Source: Bdellovibrio sp. ZAP7
GTDB lineage: Bacteria; Bdellovibrionota; FAC87; UBA2466
Direction of reading: 5' to 3'
Assembly (NCBI GenBank): GCA_945878405.1
Contig: CAMCTJ010000008.1
Location: 30,625 to 94,624, forward strand
DNA length: 64,000 nucleotides
The notes beneath the pieces are model-generated. The model was given only the letters and a program-made list of their open reading frames with translations, was not told the origin of the DNA and did not search any database. Every line of letters begins with the position of its first letter. Position 1 is the stretch's first letter. The position numbers were made by a program, and so were the translations under genes. Positions 56,331 to 64,000 of the stretch are shown one piece after another.

Positions 56331-57685
56331 TGAGCTATTTCAGTAATTTCTCTGCCAACTGCTTTGGACAGTTTGGCTAAGGCTAAATTAAGTGAATAAA
56401 GAGTTTCGATATGATTTTTTCTTGCTAAGCCACTGCCTTCGAGTGACTCAAGAAGGTCTTTCGCGGGGGTAACTCCCACGGTCCACCCCATCGAGTTAGA
56501 AACAAACCATTTTTTTGCAGTGTCTTTTCTTCGGGCGGCAACTTCGAGACTTTTTTCAGCTTGTTCTAGTTCATAGAAAGCTTTCTTGACCTCAAGTTCA
56601 ATACCAGGAACTGCGTAGGCTTCGGTGGCTTTTAACTTAGCAGCTTGAGCTCGTTGCTCTTGGGCCTCGGCAGAATGTCTTTTGAACTCTAAATCAATTT
56701 TTAAGCCGAGTCCTAAACCGCCCTGAGGCCGATTGAAAGGATCGAAAGCAAACTGAGAGTTTTGTCTGGTCCGCACTGGAGACCAATTGAGCTCGGTGAA
56801 TCCACCGAAGAAAACCACCGGATAATCCTGAAGTTGTTTAGCATCAGCAAGTGCTTCATAGGCTTGAATGCCCGCGGGCAAAGCTTTGAGTTCGGGTCTA
56901 TTGGCTTTTGATAGTTGAATGTATTCGTCGAGGGTTTTCTTTTGATAATTGGGAACGCTTAAAGAATTGTCGGCGACTTTTGAGAATTCGGCTCCTGAGA
57001 GCCAGGCCAAAGCCTTTTCGGCCGTCTTTTTTGCAGCATCTGCATAAAGAGCTTTCTGATCCAAATCATCGAGAGCCGTTTTCAGGCGATACATATCGTG
57101 AGGCTTAACCGATCCCTTTTTATCTTCTTCTTTCAGACTCTCTTCTGCGCTATCAACCGCTTCTTTCAAAAAGCTCGAAAGACTTTCCAAGAGCCTCTCA
57201 AATTCGCAGGCCATGAGATAGCCGTAGTAAATTTCTTTTGCTTGATAAAGAACTTCATTTCTTTTTGCTTGGGTTAGTTCTGTTTTGGCAGTCAACTGGC
57301 TCGTTGCTGCTTTTTCATAACTGCTCAGCATGCCAAAAGTGTAGAGAGGTTGCGCAAATTCAAGAGATCCACGCAAAAAGGGGCCCCATTTATTGAGATT
57401 GGTTTTGGAATTAAGGGCATCTCCCGTTTCTTCAAAAATAGGGGCTCCCAAAATACCCGCTGAGGCTTTGGGCCAAAAAGCAGCTTTAGCTCGATCTAAC
57501 TGAGAGCGAGCTATTTCAATTTCCTGTGCGGTTTCCTGAACAAGACCGTGGTTCTGACTATTTTTCAGGAGTTCTTCAAGCGTCAACGTGGGGGCACTGG
57601 GCTGGGGATTTTCAGACTCAGCAGCTAGAAGGCGCTGCGTCGAGAATGAAAGCAGTAATAAACCGATAGAGATAAATAATTTCAT
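56327..57685 (-). CDS. TolC family outer-membrane efflux protein
   Basis: Signal peptide, LTLEEL, QPLYTFG, NRPEL, AFYEL, C-terminal LSKAVG. Confidence 0.88.
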   Translation of the reverse strand: MKLFISIGLLLLSFSTQRLLAAESENPQPSAPTLTLEELLKNSQNHGLVQETAQEIEIARSQLDRAKAAFWPKASAGILGAPIFEETGDALNSKTNLNKWGPFLRGSLEFAQPLYTFGMLSSYEKAATSQLTAKTELTQAKRNEVLYQAKEIYYGYLMACEFERLLESLSSFLKEAVDSAEESLKEEDKKGSVKPHDMYRLKTALDDLDQKALYADAAKKTAEKALAWLSGAEFSKVADNSLSVPNYQKKTLDEYIQLSKANRPELKALPAGIQAYEALADAKQLQDYPVVFFGGFTELNWSPVRTRQNSQFAFDPFNRPQGGLGLGLKIDLEFKRHSAEAQEQRAQAAKLKATEAYAVPGIELEVKKAFYELEQAEKSLEVAARRKDTAKKWFVSNSMGWTVGVTPAKDLLESLEGSGLARKNHIETLYSLNLALAKLSKAVGREITEIAH

Positions 57686-57696
57686 AGGTCTACTCA

Positions 57697-59226
57697 ATGG
57701 TTGCCCGCAATCGACTTTTAAACTGCCAAAAGCGTCTCAGCCAAAGTTTTCGGCGCTCAGCACGCATGTACTTAGGAGATTTACCTACTCACCTAAAAAC
57801 GTACTCTTTAGAGTATTACCGAGAACTCAGTTCTTACAAAAAAATAACCTTTAAAAACAATATCTTAGATGAGGTCATGGGTTCGCAGATTATTTTGTGC
57901 GGAGATTACCACAGCTCCTCGCAGGCACAAAGAACGGTTCTTCGGATTTTGCGAGAAATATTGCAGGGCATCAAAAAAGAAAGAAAAACCCTCTACTTAG
58001 GTCTCGAGATACTTCGGGCGCAAGACAACATCCGAGCCCAACAAGTCACTCATTCGGAAATCTCCGAGAGTCAGTTCCTAGACGCAATTGCATTTCATCG
58101 CTGGGGCTTTAACTGGCAGAACTATGCTCCGTTGGTGGAGTTTGCTCGACAATGGAAGGTACCTCTTTTTGGGTTGAGTCCGGACCGGATGGGTTCACTG
58201 GAAAGTCGTGATGCCTTTGCCGCTCGGATGATCTCCCATTGGGCTCAGCAGGATCCGAATGCCGTTATTTTTTGTTTAATGGGAGATTTGCATCTCGCCC
58301 AGAATCATCTGCCTCGAGAAATTAAATTGGAACTAGAAACCAGACAGGTGTCGAAACGAATTCTTACCATTCATCAAAACTATGATGATCTTTATTGGAA
58401 ATTGGTTCAGAAAAAAAGAGATCACCAAGCCGAAGTGTTGCAACTTGATAAAGATGTGTTTTGTATTTTGAATACTGCGCCTTGGATAAAACTGCAAAGT
58501 CACCTGAGTTCCATTGAAGAAAATCCAGGTGTGGAAGATTCTTTCGAGCCCTCCGATACTGCGCTTCAGCTGATCGAAGGAATCGCCTATTTTCTTGGCG
58601 TAAGAAAAAAAGAAATTGGAAATGGGGCCGACATAGATATTCGTGAATCTCCGGACTCACGCAGCTATTTCTCGTATTCCGAGAAAGTTTTCTATATTGG
58701 CTCGGCTAATCTGAATCACCTAGCCAAGTTGTCTTCCCAATATCTCCATTCAAAGCTGAGTGGTTTTGGCGGTGTCTTTGAAGATCCCCAGAGAGATTTT
58801 TACCCCTGGGTTTGGGTTGAAACGTTGGGCTATCTCGGCTCAAAAATCATTAATCCCAAAAGGAAGTGCCAAGGAATAATCGATTTTAAATCTGCTTCTG
58901 ATCCAGCCATGAAAACAGCTTATCGACACATCAAGAGAGAGTTTTTGTTTCCAAGGAGAGGGTTAAAACAAAGTTCCCACTTTTGGCCAAGAAAGAAGTA
59001 TACGGTTCAGGAGTTGATGATGTCTCAGCAGGTTGCCCTCCTTCTTGGAAAGCTACTTGGCCAAGCCATGTTTGAACTTATTCTGAAAAATAAAATATCT
59101 TTGTCCTTTCTGCGCGATCTTTTCAAGACTGCATTTGGCCCAGAAGCTGAATCACTCTATTTTGAGTGGTGCCAGAGAGTAGATTCCCATTCCTTAAGAA
59201 ACTTCTCGTATCGAGAAAAGTTGTAA
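57697..59226 (+). CDS. ChaN/EreA-like domain hypothetical protein
   Basis: ILCGDYH, LGLE, WQNYAPL, RDAFAA, MGDLH motifs; extra C-terminal helical domain. Confidence 0.65.
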   Translation: MVARNRLLNCQKRLSQSFRRSARMYLGDLPTHLKTYSLEYYRELSSYKKITFKNNILDEVMGSQIILCGDYHSSSQAQRTVLRILREILQGIKKERKTLYLGLEILRAQDNIRAQQVTHSEISESQFLDAIAFHRWGFNWQNYAPLVEFARQWKVPLFGLSPDRMGSLESRDAFAARMISHWAQQDPNAVIFCLMGDLHLAQNHLPREIKLELETRQVSKRILTIHQNYDDLYWKLVQKKRDHQAEVLQLDKDVFCILNTAPWIKLQSHLSSIEENPGVEDSFEPSDTALQLIEGIAYFLGVRKKEIGNGADIDIRESPDSRSYFSYSEKVFYIGSANLNHLAKLSSQYLHSKLSGFGGVFEDPQRDFYPWVWVETLGYLGSKIINPKRKCQGIIDFKSASDPAMKTAYRHIKREFLFPRRGLKQSSHFWPRKKYTVQELMMSQQVALLLGKLLGQAMFELILKNKISLSFLRDLFKTAFGPEAESLYFEWCQRVDSHSLRNFSYREKL

Positions 59227-59283
59227 ATTAAGACCCGGTGCGACAAGTCCTAAAAAGTGAATGGTATTCACTTTTTCCTTATC

Positions 59284-59311
59284 TTGACAGCCCCCGACCT
59301 CGGTGTAGGAT
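59284..59311 (+). promoter_or_regulatory. Candidate sigma70 promoter of pcc operon
   Basis: TTGACA-N16-TAGGAT, 9 nt before ATG 59321. Confidence 0.6.
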
Positions 59312-59320
59312 TTGCCCCTT

Positions 59321-60871
59321 ATGAACCTCGAAGAAAAGTTTCAAAAGCTCCATCAGTTTCACTCTCAGGCTGAATTGGCCGGTGGCGTGGAACGTATCCA
59401 ACAACAACATGAAAAGGGAAAAATGACAGCGCGCGAGCGCCTTCAGTTTTTTCTTGATGAAGGAAGTTTCGTTGAGCTCGACAAATTTGTGACTCATCGT
59501 TGCTCCGACTTCGGCATGGAAGATAAGAAAATTTTGGGAGACGGAGTAGTAACTGGATATGGAACTGTTTCCGGGCGCCACGTTTATGTTTTCGCCCAAG
59601 ATTTTACAGTTTTTGGAGGGTCTCTCTCCGCAACGCAAGCTCAAAAAATTTGCAAAATACTCGACTTAGCGATGAAGAATGGGCGTCCAGTGATTGGCCT
59701 TTGCGATTCTGGAGGCGCTCGAATTCAGGAAGGCGTGGAGTCTCTCGCTGGCTATGCAGAAATTTTTTATCGTAATACTTTGGCCTCTGGAGTGGTCCCT
59801 CAAATTTCCGTTATCATGGGCCCCTGTGCAGGCGGAGCTGTTTACAGTCCGGGACTTACCGATTTTATCTTCATGGTAAAAAAGTCCAGTTACATGTTTT
59901 TGACTGGGCCTGATGTGATCAAAACAGTAACCCACGAAGATGTAACGATGGAAGAATTGGGGGGAGCCGTTACCCACTCTACTAAAAGTGGTGTTTGCCA
60001 CATGGCAAGTGACGACGAAAAGAGTTGCTTGCTCTTGGTGCGCGAACTTTTAAACTTTTTGCCATCAAACAATGTCGATGAAGTACCTAAGATTAAAACA
60101 ACGGATCCAGTTCAGCGAACTGAACCAAAGCTTCGAACCCTAATTCCTGAAAATTCCAAACAGGCTTACGACATGAAAGAAGTAATCGAAGCCGTATTGG
60201 ATGATAATTACTTCTTAGAAATCCAGAAGGATTTTGCAGCGAACTTGCTCATTGGGTTCGGTAGTTTGGGCGGAAAAAGCGTTGGTATTGTAGCTAATCA
60301 ACCAGCCGTATTAGCGGGTTGTTTGGATGTGAATGCTTCTGACAAAGCAGCGCGGTTCGTGCGCTTCTGTGATGCTTTCAATATTCCCTTAATTACTTTT
60401 GTGGACGTTCCCGGTTTTCTTCCCGGAACTGAGCAAGAATATGGCGGCATTATCCGTCATGGAGCGAAATTGCTTTACGCTTATTCGGAAGCGACAGTAC
60501 CGAAAATTACTGTCATTACCCGAAAAGCGTATGGTGGAGCTTATTGCGTGATGGCTTCCAAGCAGTTGCGCGCTGACATTAACTTCACATTCCCAACCGG
60601 GGAAATTGCGGTCATGGGACCCGAAGGTGCTGTCGCGATTGTTTTTAGGAACGAGTTGCAAAAGGCAAAGGATCCAGTCTCTGAAAAGAATCGATTGATT
60701 CAGGATTACTCGGATACTTTTGCGACGCCCTACAAAGCTGCGGAGATGGGCTTTGTGGATGAAATTATCTTTCCTGAGCAAACAAGATACAAGTTGGCTC
60801 AGGCTCTAGAAATGCTCAAAAATAAACGGGATCGAATGCCTCCCAAAAAACACGGGAATATTCCACTGTGA
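59321..60871 (+). CDS. pccB: Propionyl-CoA carboxylase beta (carboxyltransferase) subunit
   Basis: [52 protein letters not shown]. Confidence 0.95.
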   Translation: MNLEEKFQKLHQFHSQAELAGGVERIQQQHEKGKMTARERLQFFLDEGSFVELDKFVTHRCSDFGMEDKKILGDGVVTGYGTVSGRHVYVFAQDFTVFGGSLSATQAQKICKILDLAMKNGRPVIGLCDSGGARIQEGVESLAGYAEIFYRNTLASGVVPQISVIMGPCAGGAVYSPGLTDFIFMVKKSSYMFLTGPDVIKTVTHEDVTMEELGGAVTHSTKSGVCHMASDDEKSCLLLVRELLNFLPSNNVDEVPKIKTTDPVQRTEPKLRTLIPENSKQAYDMKEVIEAVLDDNYFLEIQKDFAANLLIGFGSLGGKSVGIVANQPAVLAGCLDVNASDKAARFVRFCDAFNIPLITFVDVPGFLPGTEQEYGGIIRHGAKLLYAYSEATVPKITVITRKAYGGAYCVMASKQLRADINFTFPTGEIAVMGPEGAVAIVFRNELQKAKDPVSEKNRLIQDYSDTFATPYKAAEMGFVDEIIFPEQTRYKLAQALEMLKNKRDRMPPKKHGNIPL

Positions 60872-62364
60872 AACCAAAGAGAATCTTAGTTGCCAATCGA
60901 GGTGAAATAGCTTTGCGGGTGATGAGGGCCTGCCGTGAGATGGGGTATGTTCCTCTTGCGATTTACTCGAAAGCAGACAGAAGCTCTCTTCATGTGGCGA
61001 AATCAGATGGAGCGGTTTGTGTGGGAGAAGGTCCCTCCATTCATAGCTATTTAGATATTGATGCGGTTATCAAAGCGGCAAAAACACTCAAAGCAGATGC
61101 GATTCATCCGGGTTATGGATTCCTCTCTGAAAAAGCTGACTTTGCGAAAGCAGTTGCCCAAGCAGGACTAGTTTTTGTAGGTCCCTCAGCTGAGGCTATT
61201 TCGACCATGGGCGATAAAGTGATGGCCCGAAAGACCATGGAAAAGTTGGGTCACTTGCCTCTAGTTCCAGGTACTAAAGAAGGCTTAAGTGATGAGAATG
61301 AAGCTTTCAAAGCAGCAAAACAAATTGGTTTTCCCGTTATGATTAAAGCCCTCGCTGGCGGCGGGGGGCGCGGTATGCGTGTGGTGAACTCTGAAGATGA
61401 GTTTATCAATCTGTTTCGTAGAGCTTTTTCCGAAGCGCAAAAAGCTTTCGGAGATGGACGAGTTTATTTAGAAAAATATGTTACTTCTCCTCACCATATC
61501 GAGGTTCAGATTATTGCCGATACTCACGGCAATGCAGTTCATCTTTATGAGCGAGAGTGTTCTGTACAGAGACGTCACCAAAAAATTATCGAAGAGAGTC
61601 CAAGTCCATTTATTAGCGCAGACACAAGAAAGAAACTTTGTGAAGCTGCAGTAAAGGCTGTCAAAGACATCGGGTATGTCAATGCCGGCACTATCGAGAT
61701 GTTAGTAGATGAGAATCAAAATTTCTATTTCATGGAGATGAATACTCGTCTCCAAGTGGAACATCCGGTTACCGAATGGATAACGGGAAGGGATCTTGTT
61801 AAAGAACAGCTGAGAGTAGCTTTTGGCGAAAAACTCTCGTTCCGCCAGGAAGACCTCAAACAAAATGGTCACGCCATTGAGTTTCGTATCTGTGCTGAGG
61901 ATCCGGAGAAATTCTTACCTCAAGCTGGAAAAGTGACCGGAGTAAGTTTCCCTGGAGGAATGGGTGTTCGGGTTGATTCCCACTTATATCGAGGATACGA
62001 AATCCCAGTTTTTTATGATTCGATGGTTGCTAAATTAGCTGTTTGGGGAAGGGACAGAGCAGAAGCCATTGAGCGAAGCCGAGCAGCTTTGCTGGATACC
62101 GTGATTAATGGTGTAAAAACGAATATCCCGGTTCATTTACAAATTTTAAACAATCCTAAGTTTATTAGCGGAAATTACACGACCCGGTTAATCGGAGAAG
62201 ACTTTAATTACGAGCCGAAAAAACCTAGTCCTGAAGATCTCAAAATGGCTCTGATATCTGCCGCGGTAGCTGCCTATAATCGTGAGTACCGAGGTCCGGA
62301 CAGACGTCAATCAACGGAAACCTCTTTATGGAAAAAAGTAGGCCGCGAGGAGGGACTTCGGTAA
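60868..62364 (+). CDS. Biotin carboxylase subunit
   Basis: [56 protein letters not shown]. Confidence 0.95.
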   Translation: MKPKRILVANRGEIALRVMRACREMGYVPLAIYSKADRSSLHVAKSDGAVCVGEGPSIHSYLDIDAVIKAAKTLKADAIHPGYGFLSEKADFAKAVAQAGLVFVGPSAEAISTMGDKVMARKTMEKLGHLPLVPGTKEGLSDENEAFKAAKQIGFPVMIKALAGGGGRGMRVVNSEDEFINLFRRAFSEAQKAFGDGRVYLEKYVTSPHHIEVQIIADTHGNAVHLYERECSVQRRHQKIIEESPSPFISADTRKKLCEAAVKAVKDIGYVNAGTIEMLVDENQNFYFMEMNTRLQVEHPVTEWITGRDLVKEQLRVAFGEKLSFRQEDLKQNGHAIEFRICAEDPEKFLPQAGKVTGVSFPGGMGVRVDSHLYRGYEIPVFYDSMVAKLAVWGRDRAEAIERSRAALLDTVINGVKTNIPVHLQILNNPKFISGNYTTRLIGEDFNYEPKKPSPEDLKMALISAAVAAYNREYRGPDRRQSTETSLWKKVGREEGLR

Positions 62365-62870
62365 TGCTGTTCTATATTAATTATCAAGGCGAAGAATATA
62401 AAGTTAGGGTAGAGCAAAAAGATGGACAGTATTCCGTCTCTGTTGGCGGAGAACCCGAAGCTCCTGTTGAGATTTCATTCTATGGAAATGATTGCACGCT
62501 CCTTCACGAAAAAGGCGTGTTTCACGCTAATGTCGTTGGCGATAAGTCAGATTACACAGTGTGGATCCCGGAAGGAAACCTCTCGTTCTCTGTTGAGAGT
62601 GAATACCGAAGAATTGTGGGACTTCTCAGAGGACAGAATTTAAATACTGAAAATAATGTCTATTCTAAAATGCCCGGAAAGATCATGAAGATTACCGCAA
62701 AAGAAGGCGATAAGATTCAGAAAGGACAGGGCATCTTGGTCATGGAAGCCATGAAAATGGAAAATGAGATCAAAGCCCTTATTGATGGACAAATCAAAAG
62801 AATCTGCGTGAAAGAAGGTCAGGCCGTTGAGACGGGAACCCTCTTGGCTGAAATTGCTCCCGAAGAATAA
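62364..62870 (+). CDS. Biotin carboxyl carrier protein
   Basis: MPGKI...EAMKMENE biotinylation motif; TAATG overlap with previous stop; GAGGAGG upstream. Confidence 0.92.
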   Translation: MLFYINYQGEEYKVRVEQKDGQYSVSVGGEPEAPVEISFYGNDCTLLHEKGVFHANVVGDKSDYTVWIPEGNLSFSVESEYRRIVGLLRGQNLNTENNVYSKMPGKIMKITAKEGDKIQKGQGILVMEAMKMENEIKALIDGQIKRICVKEGQAVETGTLLAEIAPEE

Positions 62871-62875
62871 ACGCC

Positions 62876-64000
62876 CTATAAACGTTCATTAAAAGTTGGA
62901 AACGACCATTTTGCCACGACGGATCCGGCTGGCAACTTGCTAAGCTCGCCACCTCTACCACAAGGGAGGAGTCGTATTGTTACCGGAATAGAGTGGTGTA
63001 AATTCCACATATGTTCTAGGTTTTCTTGTGCCCCGACAACACGTTGAAAAGTAATCTCTGGATTGCGGGGATCAGAACAAGTTTCAATATAGATACCGGT
63101 GGTGGAATCTGGGAGATTTTTTAAATATTCATGTACTCCCTGTTGGGATTCTTTCCATTCCAGCCATCGAATACGGTAAACCTGATAGAAAACAGGAAGA
63201 GCAGACAGAAAAAATACGACCAGAGCCCATCTTCGTAGAGATAAGTCTTTAAGCAGTTGTACATCTAGGCAAAATACTAAAACCCAAATGGTAAAAAAAC
63301 CGGGAAGGAGAAGCCATCCAGGCGAAAAAAAAGAATGTCCTAAATGAGGAGCCACCAATAGCCCCAGAAAAGGCAGAAATAAACAAAGACGCATGAGAAA
63401 CCGATTATTAAAAAAGTTAATCCTCGGGTGACTCAAAACGAGAGCAAGGACTGGCAGGAGGAGTAGGCAGCCGAAGTAGAAAAGAGGTTTTACCAAGGTA
63501 TCCCAAGAAAGGTGAGGCTTATATCCGGGATTAAAAGGGAGAAGTCCCAGCCTGAAAATAAGAAATGAAATCATTAAGCCAAAATGGGCCATGAGAAGGT
63601 ATTTTTTTTGTCGAACAAGTCTCAAAGAATAGGCAATGGCCAGTAAAAATAGAGGTAAGAAAACACTCGATTCTTTGAAACCCAAGGCTAAGAAATAAAC
63701 CAGCACTGAAAAGACAGAAGACCAAACAGAGTTTTTCGAGAAAAGATAACTTGCTAACATGAGAAGAAATATTTGCGGAGTGTTCATCATTCCTTCTCCT
63801 ACCCAAACGACACTGGCAAAGTGGATACTCAAAGAGCACAACACGATCGTGATAAACAGTTCAGAAAATTTGGACTCTCCTGCCAGTGACTGAAGTGTTT
63901 TTCCTCCCAGGAGAGTTCCAGAAACTAAAAATCCCCAATGGGCGAGTGTCCAGAGCACCGAGTTAAAAGAAAACAACTGATATCCAACCCAAATGATATA
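62876..64000 (-). CDS. Multi-pass membrane protein, possibly GT-C fold glycosyltransferase (5' end outside window)
   Basis: Frame stays open to base 64000; many TM helices, ALGFKES motif, soluble C-terminal domain. Confidence 0.6.
   Translation of the reverse strand, partial: YIIWVGYQLFSFNSVLWTLAHWGFLVSGTLLGGKTLQSLAGESKFSELFITIVLCSLSIHFASVVWVGEGMMNTPQIFLLMLASYLFSKNSVWSSVFSVLVYFLALGFKESSVFLPLFLLAIAYSLRLVRQKKYLLMAHFGLMISFLIFRLGLLPFNPGYKPHLSWDTLVKPLFYFGCLLLLPVLALVLSHPRINFFNNRFLMRLCLFLPFLGLLVAPHLGHSFFSPGWLLLPGFFTIWVLVFCLDVQLLKDLSLRRWALVVFFLSALPVFYQVYRIRWLEWKESQQGVHEYLKNLPDSTTGIYIETCSDPRNPEITFQRVVGAQENLEHMWNLHHSIPVTIRLLPCGRGGELSKLPAGSVVAKWSFPTFNERL

Noticed and set aside
276-63839. Many 60-170 aa ORFs antisense or out of frame to recognised genes (e.g. 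17531-18034, 21931-22434, 59279-59644)
   Set aside because: Shadow ORFs within well-supported CDS, with no motifs or RBS
1-64000. CRISPR arrays, tRNA/rRNA genes, IS elements or prophage
   Set aside because: No spaced direct repeats, tRNA arms, or transposase/integrase/phage motifs seen by eye; not confirmed by software

Overview
Gene-dense, moderately AT-rich bacterial chromosome segment with about 60 CDS. I see no rRNA, tRNA, CRISPR array, prophage or IS element. Gene content suggests a Bdellovibrionota/Oligoflexia-like (former deltaproteobacterial) organism, which is an inference: a TIGR04565-type beta-barrel, recA-pilT adjacency, a sigma54 site at lpxC, many secreted hydrolases and several orphan outer-membrane barrels. 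Housekeeping content includes slyD (partial), gpx, rlmD-like, ade, plsC, mscS, prmA, thiamine ABC transporter, lpxC, galU, priA, lgt, pgpA, recA, pilT, kamA-like, pfkA, murJ, methylmalonyl-CoA mutase, Leu/Val dehydrogenase, rlmI-like, tolC and propionyl-CoA carboxylase. I cannot point to one clearly new multi-gene system. The best leads are: (i) sigma28(FliA)-like promoters on non-flagellar genes and many apparently leaderless genes; (ii) an operon joining a Cys-rich secreted protein, a bacterial Rsm22/METTL17-like Fe-S methyltransferase, a beta-barrel and an ArgZ-like guanidino hydrolase; (iii) a ThiB with an unexplained N-terminal domain plus TM helix; (iv) a dual-coded recA/pilT overlap; (v) a G10 tract at the RBS of a sigma54 activator; (vi) an orphan actinobacterial-type 2,3-aminomutase. 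All family calls come from motif recognition by eye; no database search was run.
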